From: an uncultured Ignavibacteriales bacterium
GTDB lineage: Bacteria; Zixibacteria; MSB-5A5; GN15; FEB-12
Direction of reading: 5' to 3'
DNA length: 64,000 nt
NCBI GenBank assembly: GCA_964464605.1
Contig: CAYXJN010000001.1
Span: forward strand, 255,068-319,067
This document shows, one piece after another, positions 26,485 through 37,921 of the stretch. Position 1 is the stretch's first letter. Every line of letters begins with the position of its first letter. The notes below the pieces were generated by a model, which saw only the letters and a list, made by a program, of their open reading frames with translations, had not been told where the DNA came from and did no database searches. The position numbers and the translations under genes were made by a program.

Positions 26485-29424
26485 ATGACCCAGCACATGC
26501 GGGGCCTCACGGCTCTCGTCTCCGCTATCGTTTGCTGTTGTCTTTTAATTGGAACAACCGCAATTGCATCTGTCGAACGTGATACCGACAAAGCGAAACG
26601 AGCAGAACAGGCCCAGACTCTTAAAAAAGTGAACACAACTCCGGCTCGCGATCAGCAGGCCGACAAACAGAGTGGTTCAATTCTCTCCAAACCAAAAAAT
26701 CAAATTAGCAAAAAAGTAGCGACAACGGCAAAACAGCGCCCCGTGACACCGAAGCAGCCGTTTACGGGACATCCGACCCCACCGAATCAGGATGTCATTC
26801 GTCAGGGTGGCGATGATATCGGCGCCGCACTGACGATTCCATCGATTCCGTATGCCGATGCAGGTACGACCTCCGGCTATACCGATGATTATGATGAAAT
26901 CTGTCCGTACGATGCGCCGGGTTCGGCCGATGTAGTCTATCGCTACACTCCGCCGTCCGATAAACTGGTCACTATCGACCTGTGCCCGTCCGGCTATGAC
27001 ACAAAAGTATACGTGTACGAAAACGCCGCAGGTAACCTTGTTGCCTGTAACGACGACGCAGATGATTGCGATCTTTTGTATCGTTCGTTGTTGGAGCACG
27101 TACTGCTTACCGCCGGCAACACCTATTACATCGTGGTTGACGGGTACGGCGGTGAAGATGGATCCTATGATCTTACTATTACCGAAGAAGTCGCGTGTAT
27201 CGTTGATTGCCCGGTTAACCATGAAGACGAAGGTGAAGCCTGCGGCGACAGCATCAATGATGGTTGCAACCTGACCACTCCGTCTTACGGCGAAGTGAAG
27301 TGCGGCGACACCATCTGCGGTACCGCTTGGGCCGACGGTGATCTTCGTGATACCGACTGGTTCTTAAAGACTATCGCTGATGATACCACTGTTACATGGA
27401 GCGGAACTGCCGGATTTGATTTCGCTCTCATTATCGCCAAGCTTGATGGCTGTGGCGAAGGCGAAATCACGGTCGTTGAAAGCATCGCTGCAGACGCATG
27501 CGATACCGCTACTATTTCCGCCACTATCGGTGCCGGTACTTATGTCTTTTTCGTGGCCCCGTCTGTATTTGCAGGATATACCTGCGCAGGCGGTCCGTGG
27601 AATTACACGGTCTGGCTTGATTGTGCCGAGCCGCCGGCGGGTCCGTCCAATAACGATTGCGAAGATGCGATCGCAATTGGCGATGTTACCGATTATCCGT
27701 TCACGACTACCGGCGCCACGATTGATGGCGGCGTGGTCTGTACTTCATTCGGATTCAACCAGATCCACGCGGATGTCTGGTTCTGCTACACTGCGAGCTG
27801 CGACGGTATTGCTACCGCTTCGCTTTGCAACAGCGATTACGACACAAAGATGGCCGTCTACGATGGTTGCGTCTGCCCGGCAGTTGACATGATTGGCTGT
27901 AACGACGATGCCTGCGGCGATGACGGATTGAAATCAGAAGTAGTCTTCCCGGTCGTTGCCGGAAACACTTATCTGATTCGTATCGGTGGATATGACGGTG
28001 AATCAGGCGACGGTCTGTTGACCATCTCTTGTGGCGCTGCCGCCGAAAACGACAACTGCTCCGACGTAGTTCCGCAGACTCTCCCGGCAGTATTCTCAGG
28101 CGATAACACCGGCGCTACCAGCGATTGCGCGCTGACTGCTCCGGACGCCGAAACATGGGCGGCTTTCACGATTTCATCATGCACCGACGTTACTGTGGAA
28201 TACTGCGGTACTTCACCGGTTCACGAAACGATCTACATCGTTCTGTTTGAAGAATGCCCGTGCGAAGGCGGCGATTACATTTTCGCCGATGATTATAACT
28301 TCGACGATTGCGGTGACGGCAACGCCACCATGTACTTCAACCAGCTGCAGCCGGGAACGTATTATTATGCGATTCTCTCAAGCGCGGTTGATGGCTCCGT
28401 CGGACCGTATACCATATCCTTCACCGGATCCCCGTGCCCGGCCGGCTATTGCCCTGCCGCTGGCGGTACCTGTGACGAATACATCTCCCGCGTGGCCGTT
28501 GGCAGCATCGACAATTCAAGCAATTGCGATAACTATGCCGACTACACCGGCCTTTCTACTGCCATGGATATCGGAACCGGTTATCCGATCACGGTTGAAA
28601 ATGGATTCCCGTATTCTTCCGATCAATGCGGTATCTGGGTTGACTGGAACCAGGATTATGACTTCAACGACGCAGATGAAACCATCGTTGTCTCCGGTAC
28701 CCCTGGCCCCGGTGACTACACCGCTACCATTACGCCACCCGCCGGCGCGATACCGGGTGCTACTCGTATGCGCGTTCGCATTACCTATACCGGCGCAGTT
28801 TCTCCATGCGGAACCACCACCTATGGTGAAGTCGAAGACTACACCATCACGGTGAATGGCGGCCCGGTCGGAGATAACTTGCTGGTTAGCCCGGATTCTA
28901 TCTATGCCTTCATGTCCGGTACGGTTGATCCGTTCTATATTGTTCTGGATTTGGGCAATGACTTTGCCCCGGGTTATGATGTCAATGACATCAACCTGGC
29001 GACCGTTCAAGTTAACGGTTACGCGGTTGATTCCGCTACCGTTCTGCCCGGCGCACCCGGCTTTAGTGGTCCGGTTCTGAGAATTAAAGTAAACGCAGCT
29101 TCGTTTATCCATCCGCACTATGAATCGCTTGCAGGACTTACCCTGCAAACGGCTGAAGTGACCGGTTCAATGAACGATGCTACGCCGTTCTCTACCACAA
29201 GCGAAACGTTTGTTTATGGGGGTCACCCAGTCGGCGACTTGAACATGGACGGACGAGTGACCGTTGGCGACCTTACCTACTTCGTGCAGTTCCTGTTCAA
29301 TCAGGGACGTCCGCCGCAGATAATGGCGGTTGCCGACCTCAATCATACGAATACCGTCACGGTTGCAGATCTGGTCTACTTGGTCCAGTATCTCTTCAAC
29401 AACGGTCCTGCCCCGCGTCAATAG
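26485..29424 (+). CDS. Large secreted Cys/Asp-rich repeat protein with GEVED domain and C-terminal dockerin-like module
   Basis: Signal peptide; repeated 'YDTK..VY...CNDD' modules; WVDWNQD...TRMRVR...YGEVEDYTITV; duplicated GDLNMDGRVTVGDLTYFVQFLF / ADLNHTNTVTVADLVYLVQYLF. Confidence 0.85.
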   Translation: MTQHMRGLTALVSAIVCCCLLIGTTAIASVERDTDKAKRAEQAQTLKKVNTTPARDQQADKQSGSILSKPKNQISKKVATTAKQRPVTPKQPFTGHPTPPNQDVIRQGGDDIGAALTIPSIPYADAGTTSGYTDDYDEICPYDAPGSADVVYRYTPPSDKLVTIDLCPSGYDTKVYVYENAAGNLVACNDDADDCDLLYRSLLEHVLLTAGNTYYIVVDGYGGEDGSYDLTITEEVACIVDCPVNHEDEGEACGDSINDGCNLTTPSYGEVKCGDTICGTAWADGDLRDTDWFLKTIADDTTVTWSGTAGFDFALIIAKLDGCGEGEITVVESIAADACDTATISATIGAGTYVFFVAPSVFAGYTCAGGPWNYTVWLDCAEPPAGPSNNDCEDAIAIGDVTDYPFTTTGATIDGGVVCTSFGFNQIHADVWFCYTASCDGIATASLCNSDYDTKMAVYDGCVCPAVDMIGCNDDACGDDGLKSEVVFPVVAGNTYLIRIGGYDGESGDGLLTISCGAAAENDNCSDVVPQTLPAVFSGDNTGATSDCALTAPDAETWAAFTISSCTDVTVEYCGTSPVHETIYIVLFEECPCEGGDYIFADDYNFDDCGDGNATMYFNQLQPGTYYYAILSSAVDGSVGPYTISFTGSPCPAGYCPAAGGTCDEYISRVAVGSIDNSSNCDNYADYTGLSTAMDIGTGYPITVENGFPYSSDQCGIWVDWNQDYDFNDADETIVVSGTPGPGDYTATITPPAGAIPGATRMRVRITYTGAVSPCGTTTYGEVEDYTITVNGGPVGDNLLVSPDSIYAFMSGTVDPFYIVLDLGNDFAPGYDVNDINLATVQVNGYAVDSATVLPGAPGFSGPVLRIKVNAASFIHPHYESLAGLTLQTAEVTGSMNDATPFSTTSETFVYGGHPVGDLNMDGRVTVGDLTYFVQFLFNQGRPPQIMAVADLNHTNTVTVADLVYLVQYLFNNGPAPRQ

Positions 29425-29448
29425 TACGACGTATTGATTGAATACTAT

Positions 29449-29478
29449 AAACCCCGCCGTTACCGGCGGGGTTTTTTA
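29449..29478. terminator. Intrinsic terminator between convergent genes
   Basis: AAACCCCGCCG ttac CGGCGGGGTTT followed by a T-run. Confidence 0.8.
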
Positions 29479-30318
29479 TTTCTGCTTTTGGCAGCGCGGG
29501 CAAAAATGCGCTGAACGCGCACCTATTTTTTTCCGAACGATAACGGCTCCGCACCGGTTGCATGGTTTACCGTCGTTACCGTAAGCAGCCAGGTATTTCT
29601 GAAATTCTCCGGGCTGACCGTTTACACCGGCATAGCTATCCACCGATGTTCCCATAAGACTGATCGCTTTTCTTAGTACAGCCTGAATGTGCGAATGCAA
29701 TTCAGTGAGCTTTGCTCGTGAAAGCGAAGTGGTTAATCGCAGTGGATGTATTTTCGAATACCAGAGTGACTCATCGGCATAAATATTTCCGACTCCCGCA
29801 ATAAATGACTGATCAAGCAGCGCCGCTTTTATCTGTCGCGGTCGCTTTAGGCATAATGCGACAAAATTTTCACGTGAAATCTCAAGCGGTTCCGGACCCA
29901 GGGTTGTCAGCCCTTTTTGTTCCGAAAGCTCATCTTTGCTAAAAAGACGATGTCTGCCAAAGCGGCGATAATCACTAAAACGGAGTGACATCTTCGGTTC
30001 GTTTGCAAGGTGATAGACAAACAAATCATGCTTTCCTATCGGTTCCTCTTTCGGCACCCAGCGAAACTGTCCGGTCATTTTCAGATGCACCCAAAGTGTC
30101 AGGCTATTGTCTAATTGAATGATTATATTTTTTCCGCGACGGGTAATTTGTTCGACCGTCCTTCCGCTTAATAGAGATTCATATTTCCTTTTGCGAAATG
30201 ACTTACTGATGACGATGGAACTCTTGGGTGCACGAACGATGATTTCCGTGAATGTTTTGCCGAGAATGGTGCCGCGTAAATCGTTCGCGACTCTTTCGAC
30301 TTCCGGAAGTTCCGGCAT
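29476..30318 (-). CDS. mutM: Formamidopyrimidine-DNA glycosylase
   Basis: MPELPEVE, RRGK, HLKMTG, D.RRFG, LLDQ..IAGVGNIYADE, C-terminal CxxC..CPRCQ finger. Confidence 0.97.
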   Translation of the reverse strand: MPELPEVERVANDLRGTILGKTFTEIIVRAPKSSIVISKSFRKRKYESLLSGRTVEQITRRGKNIIIQLDNSLTLWVHLKMTGQFRWVPKEEPIGKHDLFVYHLANEPKMSLRFSDYRRFGRHRLFSKDELSEQKGLTTLGPEPLEISRENFVALCLKRPRQIKAALLDQSFIAGVGNIYADESLWYSKIHPLRLTTSLSRAKLTELHSHIQAVLRKAISLMGTSVDSYAGVNGQPGEFQKYLAAYGNDGKPCNRCGAVIVRKKIGARSAHFCPRCQKQK

Positions 30319-30333
30319 AATTAGCTAACGAAG

Positions 30334-33189
30334 TTACTTTTTTCCGTTTAACAGGGGAGCAAGGTATTCCCCGGTGTAGGATGCTTTGTTTTTTACCACA
30401 TCTTCCGGAGTTCCGGCTGCGATAATTTTGCCGCCACCCTCGCCACCTTCTGGACCGATATCGATAATCCAATCCGCGGTTTTGATAACATCCAGATTAT
30501 GCTCGATAACGATTACGGTATTACCCCGCTCGACCAATTGATTGAGCACGGTTAGTAAAAGGCGAATATCTTCAAAATGTAAACCGGTAGTCGGTTCATC
30601 GAGAATGTACAGTGTGCGTCCGGTCGCTACTTTGGAAAGCTCAGTCGCCAGTTTCACGCGCTGTGCTTCACCGCCGGATAATGTAGTAGCCTGTTGTCCT
30701 AAATGTATATATCCGAGACCGACATCTTTGAGCGTTTCCATTTTCTTGCGGATACGCGGGATATTTTCGAAAAACGACATCGCTTCTTCGACTGTCATGT
30801 CCAACACATCGGCGATTGATTTTCCTTTGAACGTTACTTCAAGCGTTTCCCGATTGTACCGCTTCCCTTTGCAGGTTTCGCACGGGATGTAAATATCCGG
30901 TAAAAAGTGCATCTCGATTTTGATAATGCCGTCCCCTTCGCACGCTTCGCATCGGCCGCCCTTCACGTTGAAAGAAAACCGTCCTGCGCCGTAGCCGCGC
31001 GCTTTCGCTTCCGGAATTTCGGCAAACAGATCACGAATCAACGTAAACACCCCGGTATACGTAGCCGGGTTTGAACGGGGTGTTCGGCCGATAGGGGATT
31101 GATCGATATCGATAACTTTATCGATATGCTCCAACCCTTCCAGCTTTTCATAGGGAAGCGGGTTGGTGCGGCTATCATAAAAATGTTTCGCCAACGCGCG
31201 ATAGAGCGTTTCGTTGATCAAGCTTGATTTACCCGATCCGGAAACACCGGTTACGACAATAAGGGATCCAAGCGGAAATTCTGCCGACACACTTTTCAGA
31301 TTATTACCGGTCGCACCGGAGATAACGATACTGTCTTTATTCGTGCGCCGATGTTTCGGTGTAGGAATCGTTTTGGTATCGGCTAAATACTGGCCTGTCA
31401 GAGAATTTTTTTGTTTTGCTATCTCTTGTGGTGTGCCGGATGCGACAATATGTCCGCCATGTACTCCGGCGCCGGGGCCGAGATCGAGTACATAATCGGC
31501 AGCTTCAATTGTTTCCCGGTCATGCTCAACGACAACGACAGTGTTTCCCAAATCCCGTAAACCGGTAAGCGTATTCAAAAGCTTGGTGTTATCGCGCTGA
31601 TGCAACCCGATAGAGGGTTCATCTAAAATATAGAGCACCCCCACCAATCGTGATCCTATCTGCGTTGCCAAACGAATACGTTGTGCTTCACCGCCGGATA
31701 ATGTCGAGGCTGACCGGCTCATGGTGAGATAATCAAGGCCGACATCGCATAAAAACTGTAATCGTTCCCGAATCTCTTTGAAAATCGGTTTAGCGATTGT
31801 CTGTTGTCGCTTATTCAGCGTGATAGAATCGAAGAATTTTTTTGCTTCTTTGATCGACATGTCGGTAACACTGTCGATTGTTTCCCGGTTGATAATCACC
31901 GCCAGCGCTTCCGGCCGCAACCGGGCGCCTTTGCATTTGGGGCATTTCGACACCGACATATAATTTTCAATCCACTGCCGCACACCACTCGACTCGGTTT
32001 GTTTGTAGCGCCGCATCAGGTGCGGAATAACGCCCTCAAACTGTGAGGTATATGTTCCCGCGGCGGCCCCTTTGCCGCTGGCGTGTTCATACTCGAACGA
32101 AATAGAATCTTTGCCGGAGCCGTACAGAATTATCCGCTGTATTTGCGCGGGAAGTTCTTTGAACGGTGTCGAGAATTTGAATTTGTAATGACGGGATAAC
32201 CCGCGCAGCATGTACCGATACCAATTCGCCATTTCCGCACCACCCCAGGGATGAATAGCGCCGTCGTTGATAGACAACGATGGGTCTTGAATAACGAGTT
32301 TTGGATCGACATCCATCTTCTGACCCAACCCGTCACATTCCGGACAGGCGCCGAACGGAGAGTTGAATGAGAACAAACGCGGCGATGGTTCTTCATAGCT
32401 GATATTACAATTGGTACAGGCAAATTTTTCGCTGAACAGAAGATCCTGATTTTTTATATTAATCAGTACCGTTCCCTGTCCCATTTTGAGTGCAGTTTCA
32501 ACTGAATCAGCCAAACGGCGTTTGGAACCGGATTTTACGACCAAACGATCAACGACCGCTTCTATCGTATGTTTTTTCTTTTTATCGACGTTGGTGTCGT
32601 TGTCGACTTCGACAATCTCACCATCGATTCGCAACCGAACAAACCCTTCCCGTTTCGCTTCATCGATAATGTCCTTGTGCTCTCCCTTCTTTCCGCGAAT
32701 GAGCGGCGCAAGGACCATCAGGCGAGTGCCTTCTTCGTAGGAAAGCACCGAATCAACGATCTGTTCGACGGTCTGCTGCGTAATCGGCTGACTGCAGTTT
32801 ACGCAGTGCGGCACACCAACGCGCGCGAAGAGCAAACGAAGGTAATCGTAAATCTCCGTCACCGTTCCGACAGTCGAGCGCGGATTTTTCGGTGTCCCTT
32901 TTTGTTCGATTGATATGGCCGGGGAAAGCCCCTCGATAAAATCGACATCCGGTTTTTCCATCAACCCTAAAAACTGACGGGCGTACGCCGACATCGATTC
33001 CACATAGCGGCGCTGCCCTTCGGCGTAGATGGTATCGAACGCGAGCGATGATTTCCCTGATCCCGACAAACCGGTGATAACCGTTAGCTTGTCGCGCGGG
33101 ATTTTGACGTCGATATTTTTGAGATTATGCTCACGCGCGCCTTTGATGTACAAAAACTCGCGGTTGTTTTTTCCGTTACCGTTGCTCAT
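30334..33189 (-). CDS. uvrA: Excinuclease ABC subunit A
   Basis: GAREHNLKN, two Walker A [16 protein letters not shown] twice, zinc fingers. Confidence 0.98.
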   Translation of the reverse strand: MSNGNGKNNREFLYIKGAREHNLKNIDVKIPRDKLTVITGLSGSGKSSLAFDTIYAEGQRRYVESMSAYARQFLGLMEKPDVDFIEGLSPAISIEQKGTPKNPRSTVGTVTEIYDYLRLLFARVGVPHCVNCSQPITQQTVEQIVDSVLSYEEGTRLMVLAPLIRGKKGEHKDIIDEAKREGFVRLRIDGEIVEVDNDTNVDKKKKHTIEAVVDRLVVKSGSKRRLADSVETALKMGQGTVLINIKNQDLLFSEKFACTNCNISYEEPSPRLFSFNSPFGACPECDGLGQKMDVDPKLVIQDPSLSINDGAIHPWGGAEMANWYRYMLRGLSRHYKFKFSTPFKELPAQIQRIILYGSGKDSISFEYEHASGKGAAAGTYTSQFEGVIPHLMRRYKQTESSGVRQWIENYMSVSKCPKCKGARLRPEALAVIINRETIDSVTDMSIKEAKKFFDSITLNKRQQTIAKPIFKEIRERLQFLCDVGLDYLTMSRSASTLSGGEAQRIRLATQIGSRLVGVLYILDEPSIGLHQRDNTKLLNTLTGLRDLGNTVVVVEHDRETIEAADYVLDLGPGAGVHGGHIVASGTPQEIAKQKNSLTGQYLADTKTIPTPKHRRTNKDSIVISGATGNNLKSVSAEFPLGSLIVVTGVSGSGKSSLINETLYRALAKHFYDSRTNPLPYEKLEGLEHIDKVIDIDQSPIGRTPRSNPATYTGVFTLIRDLFAEIPEAKARGYGAGRFSFNVKGGRCEACEGDGIIKIEMHFLPDIYIPCETCKGKRYNRETLEVTFKGKSIADVLDMTVEEAMSFFENIPRIRKKMETLKDVGLGYIHLGQQATTLSGGEAQRVKLATELSKVATGRTLYILDEPTTGLHFEDIRLLLTVLNQLVERGNTVIVIEHNLDVIKTADWIIDIGPEGGEGGGKIIAAGTPEDVVKNKASYTGEYLAPLLNGKK

Positions 33190-33369
33190 TAGTCTTCTTT
33201 CGTTTCAGAGCGACCCGAAATATATGCTTTAGGGTGGCTGTCGGGCAGGAAAATCTGAAGTATTTATATCACTTTATGGATAGATTCTAACACCGGAGCC
33301 GCTCTTTTGATTCCCGTGTTACTAATTGGCGGATTTGGGGTTAGGAAAGTGCGTGAAAAGAGCTAACAG

Positions 33370-33861
33370 CTACCGTTTTGTCATTTTTTTAGCAACTTCC
33401 GGTGCAACTGTCGGTTGCTGCCAGATATCTTTTGATTTGAAGGCGTACAAAAAAAGTGCGATAAACGCTGGAATGTGGGCTATAAAGATCACCAGAAAAA
33501 GAATCACTATCCGGGCAATTTGGGGCATTACCGCCTCCATAACTTGCGGCGATGCCGGAAAGAAAAAAGACAGGATAAGATAGACTATCCCAAGCGCCCA
33601 GTAGAGCTTCCATGCCCATTGCGAAAATATCCGCTCTTTGAACGCAAATCCGAACAGCCCGACAAGACTAAGCAGCGAAACAAATGCACCGAAAAAAAAG
33701 AGAGCATTCACATCATAAAACGCCGGTGGAATAACAAACGGCGCGGCGAGATTGATGGCAACCATGACAAAGAAATACCCTTTCCAGAACACTTCCCAAA
33801 CTCCCGATTGGGAAGCAACCTGCTTGATATCCTGTCTCTGATACGATCCTGTGTAAGCCAT
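33370..33861 (-). CDS. Hypothetical membrane protein (about 4 TM)
   Basis: Hydrophobic ORF directly downstream of the Fic gene on the same strand. Confidence 0.6.
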   Translation of the reverse strand: MAYTGSYQRQDIKQVASQSGVWEVFWKGYFFVMVAINLAAPFVIPPAFYDVNALFFFGAFVSLLSLVGLFGFAFKERIFSQWAWKLYWALGIVYLILSFFFPASPQVMEAVMPQIARIVILFLVIFIAHIPAFIALFLYAFKSKDIWQQPTVAPEVAKKMTKR

Positions 33862-33894
33862 AGATAATTTACTAAATTTAATAGAGTGGCTTGC

Positions 33895-35082
33895 TTATAA
33901 AAAAGGGTAAGTTTTTGCTTTTGGCATTTCTTCTATTTTTTGAAAAAAAGTAGTTTCTGTAATTTGGGTTGGCCAATGCAAGTTGAGTGCAACGAAGACC
34001 TTTTTCTCTTCAGTTCTTATTTGAATCGCTTCTAAATATAACAAGCCGCTTAAATCACGCGTGAAAGCATACGGTCCCTTTGTTAATGATGAGTATAACC
34101 CAAAAATTTTCACCATCAGTTCACTGAACTCAATTTCGTCTACTTCTAAGAGCAATTTAAGGATTTCAATTTGTCGCTCTACAATAACACGCTTTCTCTT
34201 ATTTTCTAAGCGATTGAATAAATGATACATGGTATTTTTATATAATGCTTTTGCAACTTGAGTACTAATTTCATTCAATAAACGATTACATTGCAAGGCT
34301 ATGCCTTTTAAACCAAATAACAGAAAGGGTGTTAGATTATGATCTTGCTGACGTGTTTCACTTAACGTTTGAAGATATTTCTGTTTTTCATCATAGTAAT
34401 AGTTAGACATTGAAACAAATAGCAAATCTTTAAGCCCTGCTTTTTGCAAAGCAAAAGCTTCTAGCGCTCTGGCCGTTCTTCCATTTCCATCTAGGAATGG
34501 ATGGATTGCAGCAAAATGATAATGAATGGTGAGTGCTTGAATTAATTTGTCATGACCTCTATAGTCTGTTTGAATGGCATCAACTAATTTATCAACCGCT
34601 TCTTCACATTCTTTTCCCCCTTCTGCTCCTCGATGACGCGGTATTCCAAAATTAACATTTTCATCTGTATGTCTTAATTCGCCGGGTTTACAATGATCAT
34701 CATCTGCCCCAGTAACAATTCTTCTGTGAACTTCAAGAATTAAGTCTTTATCGATTGGCCTGTCGTCAGGTAGAGCCCCAATCCATTTATATGTATACTT
34801 TGCAGCTCGAGCCTGTTTTTGTGATCGTGTAAGTAATTCTTCATTGGTTTCTTTTAATGCAACTTCAAGTTCCCGTTCAGTAAAATCAGCACCTTCTATA
34901 CGGGAGGTTCCGGCTACTTCGCGTTTTAATTGAATATCTTGTAATTTTTCAGCCCACGCTCTTTGATAAGGAATTTTTGTTAAAGAAAGAACTGCAGCGC
35001 GAGCGTTGGTTAATTCTTCTACTAAAGCAATTGGATCGTATTTTATCCAATTTTGTGGCATTTCATATCGTACCATGGTCAT
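33895..35082 (-). CDS. Fic family protein (class II-like, N-terminal inhibitory motif)
   Basis: HPFLDGNGRTAR Fic motif; TSRIEG fits (S/T)xxxE(G/N); visibly AT-rich. Confidence 0.9.
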   Translation of the reverse strand: MTMVRYEMPQNWIKYDPIALVEELTNARAAVLSLTKIPYQRAWAEKLQDIQLKREVAGTSRIEGADFTERELEVALKETNEELLTRSQKQARAAKYTYKWIGALPDDRPIDKDLILEVHRRIVTGADDDHCKPGELRHTDENVNFGIPRHRGAEGGKECEEAVDKLVDAIQTDYRGHDKLIQALTIHYHFAAIHPFLDGNGRTARALEAFALQKAGLKDLLFVSMSNYYYDEKQKYLQTLSETRQQDHNLTPFLLFGLKGIALQCNRLLNEISTQVAKALYKNTMYHLFNRLENKRKRVIVERQIEILKLLLEVDEIEFSELMVKIFGLYSSLTKGPYAFTRDLSGLLYLEAIQIRTEEKKVFVALNLHWPTQITETTFFQKIEEMPKAKTYPFL

Positions 35083-35271
35083 AATATCGGCTAAATTCGT
35101 TTTTATATCAATGTCAATTAGAAAATTTATAATATATTGTAATTCAACAAGTTATAGACATGCCTCCCGTTTTCGTTGGCGGTTCATTTCCATTTCATTG
35201 TCGATTTATTGTAATCTACAAACCTAGCTTGCATTGTCACCTATATAGGCATATACATACCCCCGTTAACC

Positions 35272-35358
35272 ATTCCGTTGGGGGTGGCGTATAAAAAGCC
35301 GCCTGAGATCATACCCCCATGACCTGATCCGGATAATACCGGCGTAGGCAAACGGCCA
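35272..35358 (+). ncRNA. TPP (THI-box) riboswitch
   Basis: CCGTT-GGGGGTG...CTGAGA...ACCC...ACCTGATCCGGATAATACCGGCGTAGG..AACGG: conserved TPP aptamer segments with P1 CCGTT/AACGG. Confidence 0.93.
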
Positions 35359-35452
35359 GGCGTCGCCTGTTTATTTTGTAACAGGTGATTCCAACCTTAT
35401 TCCTCATCAGGACGGAATCTTGCTCAACCCTTTTTGTGCGAGGTTACTGTCT

Positions 35453-37918
35453 ATGAAGCTCTCCACCCTTATCGCTCTTGTGGCGATAGCAGTCGGATCA
35501 CATTCCCATGCGGCAACGCTGTCCGGAAAAGTGGTCGACTCTCTCAAGCAGCCGCTTGTCGGTGTGTCGGTAATAACCGATGTACCCGGCATCGGTACTA
35601 AGACCAACGTCGTTGGTGAGTTCGCGCTCACCTACCCGGATGACACCCCGGTCAAACGTGTCACGTTCTCCTCGGTCGGCTATCAGCCGAAACAATTCCT
35701 CGTCGCGGAGCTCCCTTCCGAAATCATGCTGCAATCGGTCATGGTTCCCGGCGAAGATGTGTTAGTCAGCGCCACCCGAGCGCAAACCGGGCTTTCGCCA
35801 GTGGCGTACTCCAATTTCACGGCGAATGATATCGACCGGGATTATCTGATCGATGAATTCCCGCTGATGCTCGAAAGCACCCCGAACTACTACGCCTTCT
35901 CCTATGCAGGCGGCGGGCTGAATGCGACCGAGTTCAAAATTCGCGGGTTTGATTCTAAACGGATCGCGGTCTACATCGACGGCATCCCGCTCAACGATCC
36001 GGAAGATCACTACACCTATTTCGTCGATCTGCCGGACTATGCGAGCGAAGCAACCGACGTCCAGGTGCAGCGGGGTGTCGGCTACTCGCAATTCGGTGAT
36101 GCTGCATTCGGCGGTACTATCAACATTGCTTCTGCCCAATTAAGCACGACGCGCAAAGTGACACTTACTTCTGGTTATGGCCGATTCTATGAAGGCTCTG
36201 ATTTCATTTCCGAAATGCGGCGCGGGTCGGTCGAGTTTGCATCCGGATTATTGGATGGCCGTTGGATGCTTGATGGCCGCTACTCCAAGCAGTATTCAGG
36301 CGGATATCGTGATGAAACCTGGTACGAGGGTTTTAACTATTCATTGGCGATGTCACGTGTCGACCCGCGCATGACGACGACGCTCAAAACGTATGGAGGT
36401 CCGATTCGATATCATATGGCCTATTATGCGATTGATACCGGCCAACTCCGCACCGATCGTCGCACTAATCCGACTGATTACGACAACGAAACCGACAACT
36501 TCAATCAGCCGCACTATGAGCTGCATAATACCTATCAATTGTCTGAAAAATCAGTTCTGCGTAACACGCTTTTCTATGTTCGTGGTAAAGGATTCTACGA
36601 ACAATATTACGGCGGCGCGAACGCACCGGATTTCAATATCCAACCGCCGCAATTAACCGATTCAACTGATCCGGAAATCGATTTAGTGTATCAGCAATGG
36701 GTAAACAAGAATCAGTGGGGCTGGTCACCGCGTGTCGATATTGAAAATAATAAATGGCATCATGCTTTTGGCGGTTCATTCTATTATTTTAATTCCGAAC
36801 ACTGGGGACAAGTAACATGGGCGGAAAATCTGCTCAACTCTGTTCCACCGCAGAATCGGTATTACGAATGGTTCGGCAAAAAATATTTCGCTTCAGCTTT
36901 TATCCACGAAACCTTCGCCCCAACCGACAGACTTCGTCTGATTTATTCTTTGGGTTTAAAGTATATTCGGCGTGACTTCGACCAAACCGAAATGGGCGCC
37001 TTTGCCGGATATGAATTCGACACCGACTGGCTGTTTGTCTCTCCCCGGGTCGGATTCACTTACCAGCTTACAAAACAAGCGAGCCTGTTTGCGAGTGCGG
37101 CGATAACATCGCGTGAGCCGGATGACGGCGCTATCTATGATGCTAACGATCCCGGCACAATCCCGCTTTTGGAAATTACCGGCGACCAGCTCTCTGATTC
37201 CGGTAACACAATTTATTCATTCGGTGATCCGCTGATTAAACCGGAACGTGTTTACAATTTCGAAATCGGTACGCAATATCGCACACCGACATGGAACACC
37301 GGATTGAATCTCTATTGGATGGAGTTCCGTAACGAAATCGTTCAAGAAGGCGGTATTGATGATCTGGGCAACACCAATCTGGGCAACGCAAAACGCTCTG
37401 TTCATGCAGGCATTGAAATAAGCGCCGCACGGATGTTCGCCAAACAGTTTACACTGTCCGGTAATGCTGCCTGGTCATACAACCGGTTGAAAAAATATGA
37501 AATCCAGCGAGATATCGATTGGGATGGCGTACCCGATACCACGATTGATCTTTCCGATAACCCCACCGCCGGATTTCCGGATTTAGTAGCCAATCTTATC
37601 GCTGATCTGAAAATCGATCCGGTGCGGCTAGTCTATCGTTTTCGTGCAGTTGGGCGTCAATACATAGAAAACGGCGGACAGAAGAATCTGTCGATTGATC
37701 CATACACACTCAGCTCTGTTTCCGCATCTGTGTTTGCCGGTAGTATGTCCGGATTTGGAAAACTGACCTTAACTGCGCGAATGGATAACCTCTTCGATGA
37801 ACTTTACGAAGTCGGCGGCTATGCCTACGACAACGATGGCGATACGAACGATGATGGTTTCTATTACGTCGGTGGTGAGCGGACATTCTTCGTGCAGCTA
37901 CGATTGGATATCGAGTAA
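35453..37918 (+). CDS. TonB-dependent receptor, probably for thiamine or a precursor
   Basis: Signal peptide, N-terminal CarboxypepD-reg-like domain, VLVSATRA, plug IRGFD...YIDGIPLNDPED, VQVQRGVG, LKPE-like motif, NLFDELY; under the TPP riboswitch. Confidence 0.9.
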   Translation: MKLSTLIALVAIAVGSHSHAATLSGKVVDSLKQPLVGVSVITDVPGIGTKTNVVGEFALTYPDDTPVKRVTFSSVGYQPKQFLVAELPSEIMLQSVMVPGEDVLVSATRAQTGLSPVAYSNFTANDIDRDYLIDEFPLMLESTPNYYAFSYAGGGLNATEFKIRGFDSKRIAVYIDGIPLNDPEDHYTYFVDLPDYASEATDVQVQRGVGYSQFGDAAFGGTINIASAQLSTTRKVTLTSGYGRFYEGSDFISEMRRGSVEFASGLLDGRWMLDGRYSKQYSGGYRDETWYEGFNYSLAMSRVDPRMTTTLKTYGGPIRYHMAYYAIDTGQLRTDRRTNPTDYDNETDNFNQPHYELHNTYQLSEKSVLRNTLFYVRGKGFYEQYYGGANAPDFNIQPPQLTDSTDPEIDLVYQQWVNKNQWGWSPRVDIENNKWHHAFGGSFYYFNSEHWGQVTWAENLLNSVPPQNRYYEWFGKKYFASAFIHETFAPTDRLRLIYSLGLKYIRRDFDQTEMGAFAGYEFDTDWLFVSPRVGFTYQLTKQASLFASAAITSREPDDGAIYDANDPGTIPLLEITGDQLSDSGNTIYSFGDPLIKPERVYNFEIGTQYRTPTWNTGLNLYWMEFRNEIVQEGGIDDLGNTNLGNAKRSVHAGIEISAARMFAKQFTLSGNAAWSYNRLKKYEIQRDIDWDGVPDTTIDLSDNPTAGFPDLVANLIADLKIDPVRLVYRFRAVGRQYIENGGQKNLSIDPYTLSSVSASVFAGSMSGFGKLTLTARMDNLFDELYEVGGYAYDNDGDTNDDGFYYVGGERTFFVQLRLDIE

Positions 37919-37921
37919 CCA

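Noticed and set aside
26677..29148. Long alternative-frame and antisense ORFs inside the GEVED gene (also inside ileS, uvrA, dnaE, nadC)
   Set aside because: They overlap well-supported genes, have no recognisable motifs and are expected from codon bias
29866..29881. parS-like palindrome ATTTTCACGTGAAATC in mutM (weaker one near 43502)
   Set aside because: Only the 12-bp core matches TGTTTCACGTGAAACA, the outer bases differ, and no parAB is in the window
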